A stretch of DNA of 35,940 nt. Origin: Macrostomum lignano. Lineage: Eukaryota. Shown in pieces: positions 34,908-35,940 of the stretch. Under the pieces are notes generated by a model. The model worked only from the letters and a program-made list of their open reading frames with translations. It was not told where the DNA came from and did not search any database. A program made the translations under genes and the position numbers. The number at the start of each line of letters is the position of its first letter. Position 1 is the stretch's first letter. Location: positions 1 to 35,940 of the forward strand of contig NIVC01002062.1 in the NCBI GenBank assembly GCA_002269645.1. Reading direction: 5' to 3'.

Positions 34908-35492
34908 GTAACAGATCGGTAGCTAGCCAGTGATTGCTTAATTCCCCCCCCCGATTCGCGTGTCGAAATTTTGCTCGTTGCCCCGTTGAGACCGCTTTTC
35001 GCGTATTTACGTATGCCCTCTATTACTCGAATTTATGTTGTGACCTCGTGCTCGTTGGTGTTGTTTAAATATCTAAGATTTTAGCTCTTAGCTTCTATGG
35101 GTCTGCTCCACAGGAGGTCCTGCCCCGCTGTTTAAGATTTTCTGGGAACAATGGAAGTCTGGGACCGTAGGAAATTAGCACCTTTAGGTCTGATTTCGTG
35201 TGTTTGTTCACACTTTGTGAAAGTCCGATTTTGGGAAACTTTTAATTGGTTTCGATGAGGCAATAGGGGGCATTCAATGTAATTAAGTTTATCAGGCAAA
35301 TGGGGCAGCAATTAGTTTAGAGTAGGCCAGTGGTTTAGTCAATGTAAAGTCAGGTAAGTAATTAAAGTCAAGTTATGGGGACAGATAGTTCAGAATTAGT
35401 AAGTAAGCATTAAGAACCACAGCAGCATCAGCAGTTGGGAAGCCGCAGAAATAGCTCCAAGAGCAGTAGCCAGTGCATTGTGAGACCGGCTA

Positions 35493-35830
35493 TTAGGGCC
35501 GTCGACAGCACGACCAAATGCCAGGAGCCGTCGTCTCCACCACAGGGGTTGGCAAGGGCTGTGGAGCGGCAGCCACGGGCGTCACCGCGGCTACCGGCGG
35601 CGGAGCGTGCGCTCGGGCTGACAACGGCGGTGGTACCGGATGCCAACCGGCCCGGACGCTGGTTCGCTGGCGGCCCGGCGGTCGCATGGCCCGGGAACCG
35701 CGGCGCCTATGCCACCAGATGGCGCAGCCGGCCCAGAATCAGGGGGCGTCCGGCTCTGAATGGCTGTCTTCGGGCGCTTCGTAGTCGGACTCCTCTTCAA
35801 GGATGGGCTCGGCTACTAGCGGCCGGAATC
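35493..35830 (-). CDS. Candidate spliced terminal exon, Pro/Ala-rich, unknown gene (frameshifted)
   Basis: Pyrimidine-rich intron-like DNA ends ctcatttcag|35830. Translation FRPLVAEPILEEESDYEAPEDSHSEPDAP/PDSGPAAPSGG...GPVGI/PVPPPLSARAHAPPPVAAVTPVAAAPQPLPTPVVETTAPGIWSCCRRP* needs two single-base corrections. Confidence 0.42.
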
Positions 35831-35940
35831 CTGAAATGAGAATTTAAGGGATGAAATAGAAGTAGGAAACTAGCGGGTATTAGGATGTAGATAGATGGGA
35901 TTTTAACTTTATGGCGGTGGTAGTGGCTTCCTGGGGGTTT

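Larger units (their letters stand above)
28383..35940 (+). mobile_element. Gypsy-like LTR retrotransposon, 5' part (LTR, PBS, long leader, gag-protease), antisense in a PLC intron
   Basis: LTR termini, PBS, gag and protease are all co-oriented on +. The 3' LTR is not in the window, so the right boundary is unknown. Confidence 0.8.

Noticed and set aside
34908-35430. env-like or RT ORF downstream of the protease
   Set aside because: Frequent stops in all + frames; no YxDD, signal peptide or transmembrane pattern.

Overview
Eukaryotic (metazoan) genomic DNA rich in simple repeats. The repeat load and gene style suggest a free-living flatworm such as Macrostomum, but that is only a guess. From left to right the window holds: (i) the 3' end of a divergent beta-tubulin (+, 1-171); (ii) a frameshifted orphan gene with a possible PH/PTB-like N-terminus (-, about 975-2218); (iii) most of a phospholipase C-beta gene on the - strand, with 17 hand-assembled in-phase exons (28049 to 5215, about 975 aa: X, Y, C2 and coiled-coil CTD; the PH/EF exons lie beyond the window). 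Nearly every long PLC intron contains its own tandem-repeat array. (iv) An intact 4650-bp I-group (Ingi-like) LINE (-, 14856 to 10207) encodes 2A StopGo, 3 PHD-like fingers, APE, RT, RNase H and CCHC. (v) The 5' part of a Gypsy-like LTR element (+, from 28383) has a 2.2-kb LTR, a tRNA-Leu PBS and gag-protease, with no pol in view. The most striking observation concerns the LINE. It has no AUG upstream of its 2A motif and is inserted sense and in frame into a (CAG)n poly-Gln tract that looks like a symmetric phase-1 coding exon of PLC-beta. Host translation could therefore run into the element, and the 2A motif could release the retrotransposon protein from the host N-terminus. All exon and frameshift calls were made by hand and need RNA or raw-read confirmation.
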